DNA of 64,000 bases from an uncultured Actinomyces sp. (lineage in GTDB: Bacteria; Actinomycetota; Actinomycetes; Actinomycetales; Actinomycetaceae), in NCBI GenBank assembly GCA_902373435.1, contig CABKMD010000001.1:20500-84499 (forward strand). The letters run 5' to 3'. The notes under the pieces are model-generated. The model saw only the letters and a program-made list of their open reading frames with translations. It searched no databases and was not told the DNA's origin. Below, piece after piece: positions 1-8,716 of this stretch (the stretch's first letter is position 1; every line of letters begins with the position of its first letter). A program made the translations under genes and the position numbers.

Positions 1-187
1 GTGGGCAACTCCAGAACAGGTTGTGAGCGAAGCTTTGGCTGCGATGCGACGGGGGCAGGTGTTGGTAACTCCAACGCCGGTCTACAAGGTGGCAATGGCT
101 GCAATGCGGGTTGCTCCGCGTTGGGTCACGCGCCGCGTCATGCGTTCGATTCCGCATATGTAGCGTTTTGTGTGGTCGGTGGCGGAA

Positions 188-217
188 TTGACGCTAGCAC
201 CCTTCTACTGTGATAAT
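188..217 (+). promoter_or_regulatory. Candidate sigma-70-like promoter: TTGACG (188-193), 18-nt spacer, GATAAT (212-217). It lies only about 10 nt from ATG 228, implying a very short-leader or leaderless mRNA.
   Basis: Hexamers read directly from the sequence. The AT-rich patch sits immediately 5' of the first signal-peptide codon. Confidence 0.35.
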
Positions 218-227
218 GATTCTCATT

Positions 228-2999
228 ATGAGAGTTAAGAGGATCATTTCTACCGGAGCCCTAGCCCTGACCATTGCCCTTATGCCCCAACTCGCATGGG
301 CTGGGCCTGACCGCGATACCGAATGGGTCGTTACCGGTCAACACGTTGACGCGCCCATCCCTATCTGGCATGCGGATACGCATAGTTTCACGATGAACAC
401 CATCAATATGCCAGTGGAAAAGACCGTCCTGTGGCTTCCCAAAGCCTGGGCAGGCAGTGGAGCGCAAGACGCGAAGTATCAATTAGAGATTCCCGAAAAG
501 CGTCCTGACCTTGCCTTCCTTGGCCCTGAGCACTCGGTCCTCAACGCAGCCCCACAAAACCCCGGTCCCAACAACACGCCAATTTGGGCGGGCCTCGGCG
601 CTGACTCTTCTGTCGAATGGGCAGCGCCTGATGAATTCGATGGAAGCACCTACACCCTAGACCTGATTAACGTTGATGGTCCGGGACGGATGGAGATGTT
701 CATCGATCACGGAGACTCGGTGTCGCGTTTCCTATCGAGCCACGATATCGCCTATCGATCGGTCTACAACCCGCGTCACACGCACCTCTTCACGACCTTC
801 ACGCAACCGGGGCGCTACCAAGCACGCTTCCGCGTGAATGCGCGTTCGATTGACGGGAAAACGATCTACACCTCGCCCATCCAGTCGCTGACCTGGCAGG
901 TCGGTGGATCTAACCCGTCTTCCGGAAGTATCACAGATATTCACCAAGCTTTTGCCGCTGCACAGGCACAGCGCAGTGATGGCGTTCAGGCGCAGCCCTC
1001 GTTGACGCTTGCTCCCAACCCGCAGCGTGAACACCCCGGAGACCAGCACCTAACGGAGATCACCTTCAATAGCGGTCACGCAACGGATCAAGGTCGCCTC
1101 TGGTTGACCGTCAACGGATACTTCCTCACCGAAGAACCCGTCGTTGACGGAAAAGCGCAGGTTCGTGAACTTCTGGGTGACGATGATGCGCTGATTCAGG
1201 CGGTCTTTATTCCCGAGGCCGGAAGTGGTAGTGCGCGCTGGGCATCAACGCCTCAGGCCTTCTCTCAGCGAGACCGTGCGGAAGTACGTGTCACCCGGGC
1301 AAGCTCGGTCATCATCGAGCCCTCTAATCCGGATCCGAGCCCCGTTTGGGATCCTGCCCAGATTTCGGTTTCGCGCCCAGGCGTTCATGTCTCTTATACC
1401 CGTAAGGAGGGAAGCGAAGACCAGTACACAGTTCAGGTCCAGGCTGACGATCCCGAATTGCGCGCGGCCTATAAAGTTGAGCTTTTCGAAAGCGAATATG
1501 ACTTCTCCCCGTGGTGTGCCATCGAAGGCACTCTTGGAAAGGGCGGAATTGATATTCAGCAGCAAGATTTGGGCGCCTGCATGGGTCAGCCCATGTACAT
1601 GAAATTCAGTGTTCGCCCGCACCCGAAATCTTTGGCATCCATGACCACGAAGGGGCAAGAAGATGTGGAGCTCTCCTCTTCATTCGGAATGGATCTGAAG
1701 TTGAAGATGTGGCCGGGTGGAAACCCTGTTGAACCCGCTCCGGCACCAACGGTCGAACCCTTGCTTCCTTCCCCCTCGCCGACTCCTTCTCCTGCACCGA
1801 ATATTCCTGATACCAGTAACGATCACGCGGATGATGCTCTGAAGACGAATCCGGTTGAACTTGCGCGCGGACATATGGACCTGCGTCTTCGCGAGGATTC
1901 TGGCGCCGCCACGCACTACTCGCTGGTGCTCAAGGATGATTCCTTGACGGGAGAAAAGACCTCAGTGATGCGTGCAATCGACTCAGTGACGTGGAAGGTT
2001 GGTGTCAACGCGCGCTTTACCCGTCCGCAGAGCCTATCCGATCCCAGTTATGACGTTCTGGGCGCAATTGGCGAATCCAGCTACGTGCTTCCTGAGACTC
2101 AAAATCCCGACATTGTCTGGCCTGGGGTCAGCACGGAGGGTATCGACTATTCTCAATTCCCCAAGGGAATTGATTATGAGCTCAAGGTTGTGGAATCTCC
2201 GAAGGACTCAAGGGTTGCCTTCTTCCAGGGAGGAACCTTCGGTGGGCCGGCGAATATCATGGTCGACTCGGCAAACCCTGCAAAGTCGCGCATTCACACC
2301 GATTCTCCTACTCATATGCACGCAAACTGGGTGTTCTCGAAGCCCGGGCACTATCGACTGCAGATCCGTGCACTCGATGGAGACAAAGAGATCGCTGCTC
2401 CGATGAGCTGGAACGTTTCCGTTCACGAGGCCGCGGTTCCTACGCCCACCCCTTCAAGTGAACAACCCTCTGAGCAGCCGATTCCTACGCCCAGTCCCTC
2501 GGCGGATACTCCCTCAGTAGCGCCGGAGCCAACGCCGGATCAAACAACTGCTCCGACACCCGCCTCGACAGAATCTGCGCCCGCTCCCGCGGCGAGTCCT
2601 TCGGCTGCAGATCCAAAGGCCTCGGAAAACCCATCGGCTCAGCCAGCCACTCAAACGACTACGCCCCCACCGAGCAATACTCTGGGGCAAGTCAGTGCGG
2701 GTGAACGCTTGCTTGGTTCGCGCTCCAACTCTTCTGGTTCCCGGCGCGTTCTTGGGGGAGTAAGCGGTGGCGGCGGGGCTGCCCCATTGGCCGCTTCAGC
2801 AGAGCCAAGCAGCACTCCGACGGCCAGTAAGAGTTCCGCTGCCGATTTAGATTCTCCAGCTCAAGCAGCCCAGCTGAGCAATGATGAGGCCGGCGAATCG
2901 ACCGCCTCGAGAATCCCACGCTGGTGGTGGATTCCTGCAGCAGCACTGGCGATTGTGCTGGGTGCTGGCGCCGCTTTAGCCGTCAGAAGAAGAGGGTGA
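228..2999 (+). CDS. Large secreted cell-surface repeat protein. It has a signal peptide (MRVKRIISTGALALTIALMPQLAWA), two copies of a His-containing roughly 60-aa module (HGDSVSRFLSSHDIAYRSV..PGRYQARFRVNA and THMHANWVFSKPGHYRLQIRALD), Pro/Ser/Thr-rich linkers, and a C-terminal hydrophobic anchor followed by RRRG.
   Basis: Listed ORF 210..2999. The internal ATG at 228 gives a canonical signal peptide. There is a low-complexity PTPSPS region. A TM segment plus basic tail is present, but no LPXTG/LAXTG motif. Confidence 0.7.
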   Translation: MRVKRIISTGALALTIALMPQLAWAGPDRDTEWVVTGQHVDAPIPIWHADTHSFTMNTINMPVEKTVLWLPKAWAGSGAQDAKYQLEIPEKRPDLAFLGPEHSVLNAAPQNPGPNNTPIWAGLGADSSVEWAAPDEFDGSTYTLDLINVDGPGRMEMFIDHGDSVSRFLSSHDIAYRSVYNPRHTHLFTTFTQPGRYQARFRVNARSIDGKTIYTSPIQSLTWQVGGSNPSSGSITDIHQAFAAAQAQRSDGVQAQPSLTLAPNPQREHPGDQHLTEITFNSGHATDQGRLWLTVNGYFLTEEPVVDGKAQVRELLGDDDALIQAVFIPEAGSGSARWASTPQAFSQRDRAEVRVTRASSVIIEPSNPDPSPVWDPAQISVSRPGVHVSYTRKEGSEDQYTVQVQADDPELRAAYKVELFESEYDFSPWCAIEGTLGKGGIDIQQQDLGACMGQPMYMKFSVRPHPKSLASMTTKGQEDVELSSSFGMDLKLKMWPGGNPVEPAPAPTVEPLLPSPSPTPSPAPNIPDTSNDHADDALKTNPVELARGHMDLRLREDSGAATHYSLVLKDDSLTGEKTSVMRAIDSVTWKVGVNARFTRPQSLSDPSYDVLGAIGESSYVLPETQNPDIVWPGVSTEGIDYSQFPKGIDYELKVVESPKDSRVAFFQGGTFGGPANIMVDSANPAKSRIHTDSPTHMHANWVFSKPGHYRLQIRALDGDKEIAAPMSWNVSVHEAAVPTPTPSSEQPSEQPIPTPSPSADTPSVAPEPTPDQTTAPTPASTESAPAPAASPSAADPKASENPSAQPATQTTTPPPSNTLGQVSAGERLLGSRSNSSGSRRVLGGVSGGGGAAPLAASAEPSSTPTASKSSAADLDSPAQAAQLSNDEAGESTASRIPRWWWIPAAALAIVLGAGAALAVRRRG

Positions 3000-3004
3000 T
3001 ACTC

Positions 3005-3055
3005 GTCTATTCCTGAGGTTTTCCTGCTTGACTCAGGAAAACCTCAGGAATAGAC
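3005..3055. terminator. Perfect 22-bp inverted repeat (gtctattcctgaggttttcctg / caggaaaacctcaggaatagac) just after the stop of the surface protein. A weaker hairpin and a T-tract (cttcttttt) follow at 3064-3110.
   Basis: Palindrome read directly. It is placed 5 nt after the stop codon at 2999. Confidence 0.5.
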
Positions 3056-3124
3056 TGACGTTACCAGAACCGGTTCCGCCCGAAAGGGTCCAGGGCCGGT
3101 CTTCTTTTTCACTGCAAAGGTGCA

Positions 3125-4051
3125 ATGAATATGAAACCGTTCAAAACGATTAGCCAACAACTGGCTTTACTGGAGTCGCGTGGAATGCTCATAGAGGACT
3201 CAGTGCTTGCTGCCCACGCATTAGAAACTATTGGCTACTACCGGTTATCGGGATATTCGTATCCATTCCGGAAGCGCCTGGCGGATGTAATAGGCAGAGA
3301 TCAAGCTTTTGTTGAGGGCACTCGATTCGCCGACGTATTGTCACTGTATGCCTTTGATGTGAAGCTACGTTCAGCGGTATTTGCCCAGCTTGCTTGTATT
3401 GAGATAGCGCTTCGAAGCTGGATTGGAAATGAAGTTGGGAAGATTGACCCAGCTATGCACCTAGATGTAACAAAATTAGGGCCCACAGCTCTACATGTAG
3501 AGAAGCGAAGCAAGCAGACACGCTATGACTCCTGGAAGGCGCGGTACGACAAGAAACTATCTACTTCGAACGAAGACTTTGCGAAGCACTACCGACAGAG
3601 TTGTGGGGGTGAGCTGCCGATTTGGGTGGCTGTTCAACTGCTTGATTGGGGCGCGTTGCAGACATTATTCTCCATGCTCCCACGCGGTGTTCAGGATGCG
3701 ATTGTGGCAGGTGTCGGTATCTCGGCATCTGAAATGAATTCGTGGCTCAATGCGCTTCGGGTGATGAGGAATATCTCTGCACACCACAACAGACTTTTTA
3801 ACCGTGTGTTTCCGTCTAAGCCCGCGTTTCCACAGGCTGCCGAAACGAGTGAGTTCATTGGAAACGCAGGTCCTAACAATCGTGCGTTTTATCTTCTGAC
3901 TCTCACTCAATATTTTCTTGATCGATTCCAGATTGGAGATAAGACAGTATTGCCCTCAGTTCTCGCTGAATTCCCAAGCATGCAGCACATTGATATTTCA
4001 TCGATGGGAGCGCCGATGAATTGGGAATCTCTGGAACTGTGGGGTTCTTGA
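3125..4051 (+). CDS. Abi_2-family abortive-infection protein (AbiD/AbiF-like phage resistance protein).
   Basis: It carries the YYRLSGY motif and the overall Abi_2 layout. Gene GC is about 47%, far below flanking genes at about 65%. RBS aaagg lies upstream of ATG 3125. Confidence 0.7.
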   Translation: MNMKPFKTISQQLALLESRGMLIEDSVLAAHALETIGYYRLSGYSYPFRKRLADVIGRDQAFVEGTRFADVLSLYAFDVKLRSAVFAQLACIEIALRSWIGNEVGKIDPAMHLDVTKLGPTALHVEKRSKQTRYDSWKARYDKKLSTSNEDFAKHYRQSCGGELPIWVAVQLLDWGALQTLFSMLPRGVQDAIVAGVGISASEMNSWLNALRVMRNISAHHNRLFNRVFPSKPAFPQAAETSEFIGNAGPNNRAFYLLTLTQYFLDRFQIGDKTVLPSVLAEFPSMQHIDISSMGAPMNWESLELWGS

Positions 4052-4068
4052 GCCTCAAGAACCCCACA
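4038..4068. terminator. Bidirectional hairpin (tgtggggttcttgag c ctcaagaaccccaca) shared by the convergent Abi gene and the response-regulator gene.
   Basis: Perfect 15-bp stem overlapping the Abi stop codon. It is located between convergent 3' ends. Confidence 0.5.
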
Positions 4069-4078
4069 TGACCTTTAC

Positions 4079-4549
4079 TTACCGAATTGACTCCATGATT
4101 CGAACTCCGTCGAGGACGGGCATGTAGGGAAGAGGGTCGATTCCAGTCTCAAGCACATAGTCCGTCAGCTGCTCGCGAACAACGTTTCGAAGCGTTTGTG
4201 GATCCCAAGGCTTGGCAATGTAGTAATCCAAACCGGCCTGGTTCAGTGCCTTGATGGTGTCACTTTGATCTGCCTGTCCCGTGACCAACACTGTGCGAGT
4301 CGAACTAAACCTTGGATCCGCAGTGAGCTCAACAAGGAAATCGACACCAGACTTTCCCGGTAGACGATGATCGGAGAGCACCAGTGCAAGCTCATCCCCA
4401 TCCGACTCGATTTCCTCGACAACGCTCCACGCATCGGAGGCGTCTTCTGCCAATTCCAAACGGACGCGACCGTCGAATTCCTCAAGGTCACGTTCTAGCG
4501 CCTGACGAACCTCGGCCTCGTCTTCGAGGGACAAAATGGTCAGCGTCAT
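4079..4549 (-). CDS. Stand-alone response-regulator receiver domain protein (CheY-like, no output domain).
   Basis: Receiver-domain pattern with an acidic pocket and phospho-acceptor Asp in LVLSDHRLPG. There is a 4-bp overlap with the upstream kinase gene. Confidence 0.8.
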   Translation of the reverse strand: MTLTILSLEDEAEVRQALERDLEEFDGRVRLELAEDASDAWSVVEEIESDGDELALVLSDHRLPGKSGVDFLVELTADPRFSSTRTVLVTGQADQSDTIKALNQAGLDYYIAKPWDPQTLRNVVREQLTDYVLETGIDPLPYMPVLDGVRIMESIR

Positions 4550-6648
4550 GATTCCTCCTCGTGAACATGGTGTGCTGGAATAAGGATCCGCATCGTAGTG
4601 GATCCCGGGTGAGAGTCAATGAGTAGTCGCCCATCCAAATCAGCGATGATCGAGTGGACGATGGACATGCCCATTCCCAAGCCGAAGCGCACGCGGCCAG
4701 CCTTTGTTGTGAAATGTGGTTCCATAATACGGTCCAAAACCTCGGGTGCAATACCGGGACCGTTATCGCAGATCTGGACTTCGACCTGATCTCCATCCAT
4801 CGCTACCCGGATGGTAATTCGCGCTTCATCGTGACCGCGCGCGGGAAGGTGAATTCCCGAGGCCGGGCTGGCCTCCGCGCGCGCCTTGAGGTCTGCGGTC
4901 TCGTCCTCGATTGCTTCAGCCGCGTTCACAATGAGATTGGTCCAGACCTGCTGCAATTTGCTGGGGTGAGCCAGGACCGGCTCAACGTCCTCGTATTCGC
5001 AGACGACATCGATCCCGTGAACCCGGTGTGAGGTTAATCGCAGCACGTCATCGATTCCGCGCCGAACATCGACCTCTTTACGTTCGTCGGCATCGGGGCG
5101 CGCGTAGCCCTTCAATGACTGTGTGAGTGCGATGATGCGCTCACCGGATGCTAGGACTGATCGTAGGGAACTTCCCAGTCGAGCTCCTGCCTGGAAGGCA
5201 AGCAGCTGCTTGGGATCATCTGCGAGCTTCTGTGCCTGCTCGCGGTCGCTCAGACCCGCGCGGATCAGCTGCCGAATAACGCTGCGATCGTGAAGGATCG
5301 GTAAGAATTCCTTTTGGAGTTCCCTTTCGCGAGCGGTCGAAAGGGGCGGAAGGTCCATCGCAGAGTTGAGCGCCTTAAGACATGCCTCCGGTTCGGGTGA
5401 ACTGACAACGTCTTTGGTGTCTTCGCGAAGATGCCCGGCCGCCCGTAAAAGGGCAGTGACCGGATTATTGAGCTCGTGGGCGATCCCAGCGCTGAGTTCG
5501 CCGAGCATGGCAAAACGAGCGCCTTCGACAAGCTTTGCGCGCGTTGCACGCAGGTCTTCCAAGGTAGCCGCCAGTTCTTCTTTCTGGCGCTCCAAGTCTT
5601 CGGCCAGCATCGCATTTTCGACGTGAAGGGCCTCGGCGCGCATGAGGCGTCGCGTCAGTGAACGAATTGCCAACGCGGTTAAAACCGTTGAAATTGATGG
5701 ATCTTCTGTCAGAGCGATCTGAAGCTGTTCGGTGGTTAGACGCACCACTGTTGCTTCGCTTGTCGTCAGCGCGGTGAAAAAGGCACTCTCGCCTCGCGCA
5801 AGCGAAATAAGACCAATGAGCGGGCCCGAGGTTGCAAGGTGGGCAAGGACCTCGCCATGGCGTGAGTCGCGGTGGAGGGAAACCGTCCCCTCAAGGACCA
5901 GGTGAACTGCTTCGACTCTGTGGCCCTGCGTCAGCAGGTGAGTTCCCCGCGGAAGAATGATCCGAGGCCGAGGACCCAGAACCCTCTCGACACCTTCAAG
6001 TAATTCGTAGACAACCTGAGCCTCATTGAGATCGAGGCCTTCGAGGATTGGTCCTTGAACCGCAAAAGAAGGTGCACCCTGGATGAGAGCGAGGATCTCA
6101 CCTCCGCAGTACCCGCATTCCTCGAGGTAACGGCGCATGGTTGAATACGCCTGGCCGGACAGCAAAGGTACTGTCCACGGGGAGCGCACGACCGAGGCTA
6201 AATGCCCCGATTCCGTACATACCGCAAGGTCAGTATGAATTTCCTGGTCGCTCACCAGCATCCACTGTGTCGACGCCATGAGAGAGGACGCGCGCGCAGA
6301 TTCGATCAGGGCATCGACATTGGGGACCTCGCTGGTTGCAACTCCCAAGACCACATGGTCATCGTCTCCGAGGTCCTCGAAGAAGGCATCCAGATCGTTG
6401 AGATCCTGGATGCGATCAAAGCAGAGGTTTGGGAAAGACTGCGTGAGATCACGCGTGAGAGGGCCGGCAATCTGGCGGGAATTATCCCCAACTACTAGGA
6501 CGTGAATGTGATAGCCCGCCCGGTGCCCACCACTGCGGACATCGGTTCGCTCAAGAACCTGAGCATCTCCTTGTGCAGGGCCTTGCGTCCACCCGTGAGC
6601 AAGCCCAGGTGCGCTCGCGGAAGAGGCCTCGGCTGGGGGAAAGGACAC
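4546..6648 (-). CDS. Cytoplasmic sensor histidine kinase with an N-terminal domain of unknown type, a cNMP-binding-like (Crp-type) domain, then HisKA (H-box AHELNNP) and a HATPase_c domain. The true start is probably internal to the listed ORF.
   Basis: H-box, N/G-box motifs (NLIVNAAEA, DNGPGI, GLGMGM) are present. No TM segments. The listed ORF begins at GTG right after the transporter stop codon. Confidence 0.75.
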   Translation of the reverse strand: MSFPPAEASSASAPGLAHGWTQGPAQGDAQVLERTDVRSGGHRAGYHIHVLVVGDNSRQIAGPLTRDLTQSFPNLCFDRIQDLNDLDAFFEDLGDDDHVVLGVATSEVPNVDALIESARASSLMASTQWMLVSDQEIHTDLAVCTESGHLASVVRSPWTVPLLSGQAYSTMRRYLEECGYCGGEILALIQGAPSFAVQGPILEGLDLNEAQVVYELLEGVERVLGPRPRIILPRGTHLLTQGHRVEAVHLVLEGTVSLHRDSRHGEVLAHLATSGPLIGLISLARGESAFFTALTTSEATVVRLTTEQLQIALTEDPSISTVLTALAIRSLTRRLMRAEALHVENAMLAEDLERQKEELAATLEDLRATRAKLVEGARFAMLGELSAGIAHELNNPVTALLRAAGHLREDTKDVVSSPEPEACLKALNSAMDLPPLSTARERELQKEFLPILHDRSVIRQLIRAGLSDREQAQKLADDPKQLLAFQAGARLGSSLRSVLASGERIIALTQSLKGYARPDADERKEVDVRRGIDDVLRLTSHRVHGIDVVCEYEDVEPVLAHPSKLQQVWTNLIVNAAEAIEDETADLKARAEASPASGIHLPARGHDEARITIRVAMDGDQVEVQICDNGPGIAPEVLDRIMEPHFTTKAGRVRFGLGMGMSIVHSIIADLDGRLLIDSHPGSTTMRILIPAHHVHEEES

Positions 6649-8121
6649 CTACATCACCCCGATCGCACCCCAGGTCAAAGGTGCGACGAAGGACAGAAGG
6701 ACGATGCCAATCACGCCGACGATGACACCAACAATGGCCATTTCCTTTGTCGGGGTGGTTCCTGTCGAGTAGGCAATTGCGTTCGGAGGGGTCGAAATCG
6801 GTAGGCACATGCCCAGCGAGCAGCCGAGGGCAATGACCATGGCGATCTCTGCGGCACCCGTCGATACCGTGGCTGCAAGTCCCATACCCATGGGGACCAG
6901 CAGGTTCGCCGAGGCCGAGTGCGAGATGACGTTTGAGGTGACCCAGCCGACCAGTGCCAGAACCAGAATGAGCAGCGCACCGGGGATTGAGGCCCACTGG
7001 ATTGAACCGAGCATCCATTTGTCCAAGCCGGTCGCGCTAACGCCGGAACCGAGAGCGATACCTCCGGCAACCAGCCACAGAACAGGCCAATCCAATGCAC
7101 GAAGGTCGTCACCGCTCATCACCTTTGTCATGAGCAGAACGACGACGGGAAGGAAACCAACGATATTGGAGGAGATGTGGTGCAAAGATTCGGTCATCCA
7201 CAGCAGGATCGTCAGGCCTGCGACCGCATAGAAGATGATGGCACTCTTTGACTTCTCGAATCGTGCAGAGGTGTCAATGTCGAACTTTGCATTGGAAGGA
7301 ATGTAGCGCCACGCGATGAATGCCCATGACAAAGCAAGAAGAACCAACATGAGCGGGACAGCTGCCAGCATCCATTGGAAGAAGGTCACCTTGATGCCCG
7401 CGTTTTCCAGGGCACCCAGGGCGATGGCGTTCGGGGGAGTGCCAACAGGTGTTCCCATGCCTCCAACATTCGCAGCAACCGGGATCGATAAGGCAATGCC
7501 TGTTCGTGCTTTACCTTCGGGAAGAGCCATGATGACCGGCATCATGACAGCGAACATGGTCGCAGTCGTTGCGGTGTTTGACATGAACATGCTCATGATT
7601 GCGGTGATGAGCATGACGCCCATGACGGTCAGTCGCGGCTTGCCAATGAATGGTTTCAGCAGCACTGCGGAGAGTGCGCGGTCGACCTTGTACTTCGCAG
7701 CTCCGTCGGCAACCATGAATCCGCCCAAGAAGAGGATGATGACTGGGTTGGCCAGAGCTCCGAAGAACTTTGTGTAGGCGGGGGCTTTCTCGGGGATGCT
7801 CAAAAGTGCATGGTCAGAGATGAAGAGGACCTCGAGGAAAATCACCAGGACCGCGGTGCCCGCAAGGGGGACGGCCTCGGTGACCCACAGGAGAATTGCC
7901 GCCAAGAAGATCCCAAACATTCGGGTTCCCGAGGCATCGAGGCCCGGCAGCTGGATGAGCAGACAGGTGATGATCGATATGAGTGCGCCCACAGCTCCAA
8001 ACACCTTGAAGGGGCTCAGACGTTGCTTGGTCGCAGTAAAGTCGGCCGGTCGGGTCGACATGTTCTGCGCCGAGCGCGGGTTAATAGATACAGATGCAGT
8101 ACTGCGGTTGCGGCGTACCAT
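6649..8121 (-). CDS. DASS/SLC13-family sodium-coupled di/tricarboxylate or anion symporter. An alternative start is ATG 8061.
   Basis: Polytopic membrane protein with duplicated hairpin motifs SNTATTA and TPPNAIA characteristic of the DASS family. Confidence 0.75.
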   Translation of the reverse strand: MVRRNRSTASVSINPRSAQNMSTRPADFTATKQRLSPFKVFGAVGALISIITCLLIQLPGLDASGTRMFGIFLAAILLWVTEAVPLAGTAVLVIFLEVLFISDHALLSIPEKAPAYTKFFGALANPVIILFLGGFMVADGAAKYKVDRALSAVLLKPFIGKPRLTVMGVMLITAIMSMFMSNTATTATMFAVMMPVIMALPEGKARTGIALSIPVAANVGGMGTPVGTPPNAIALGALENAGIKVTFFQWMLAAVPLMLVLLALSWAFIAWRYIPSNAKFDIDTSARFEKSKSAIIFYAVAGLTILLWMTESLHHISSNIVGFLPVVVLLMTKVMSGDDLRALDWPVLWLVAGGIALGSGVSATGLDKWMLGSIQWASIPGALLILVLALVGWVTSNVISHSASANLLVPMGMGLAATVSTGAAEIAMVIALGCSLGMCLPISTPPNAIAYSTGTTPTKEMAIVGVIVGVIGIVLLSFVAPLTWGAIGVM

Positions 8122-8200
8122 GGGCAGACCTCGTTGTCTTCACGGAATGAGTACGCATAATTATATGTCATACATCACGTGGTGATGACCATTTTGGTGA

Positions 8201-8716
8201 TCAATCAGCAAGCGATGGGGCGCAGTAGGTGAGTCCGGCTTTGCCTGCGAAATCCCGCGTCAAAGGGTCGGGGAGAAGGGAAACAATTCCGACCACTGTG
8301 GCGCCCGCAGCTTCTACAGCTTCATGAAGCGCACCGGTGTCGACCAATGAAGAGTTCGCCAGAAGGATCGCCGGACGCCCGTAGATGGGTGCGCCGGTGA
8401 AAGATGCGTCCGAGGCCGTCGCCTGAGTCGGACGAAGAAGTGCGGCATCCAGATCCAGCCCTCGCCCTCCCGCTGCGTGAATCATCGCGGCAGCAAGTGC
8501 GCCGTCACCTTCGGGTGCGATCACCACTTCATAGTCACCGATTGCGAGGTCATTTTCCTCGAGAAGATCAATGAGGACGTGACCGCAAACAGCCGCACCT
8601 TGAGCGCTCAAGGAAATCTCATTGAGGTGTGCAAGTGGTTCTTCGGTGTCCAGTAGTGGTGCGGTGAGGCTGCGTAGGGCAAGGAGCTGAGGATCGTGAG
8701 TGATCATTGTTCCCAT
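8201..8716 (-). CDS. Hypothetical protein, possibly with a weak phosphoribosyltransferase-like nucleotide-binding fold.
   Basis: High GC3 coding signal. It abuts the HAD gene stop in the same orientation. No confident family assignment. Confidence 0.4.
   Translation of the reverse strand: MGTMITHDPQLLALRSLTAPLLDTEEPLAHLNEISLSAQGAAVCGHVLIDLLEENDLAIGDYEVVIAPEGDGALAAAMIHAAGGRGLDLDAALLRPTQATASDASFTGAPIYGRPAILLANSSLVDTGALHEAVEAAGATVVGIVSLLPDPLTRDFAGKAGLTYCAPSLAD

Noticed and set aside
1-213. 70-aa ORF at the window start (GTG start, Gly/Cys/Asn-rich).
   Set aside because: Odd composition and no RBS. The region more plausibly holds the promoter of the downstream surface-protein gene, and any real upstream gene is truncated by the window edge.
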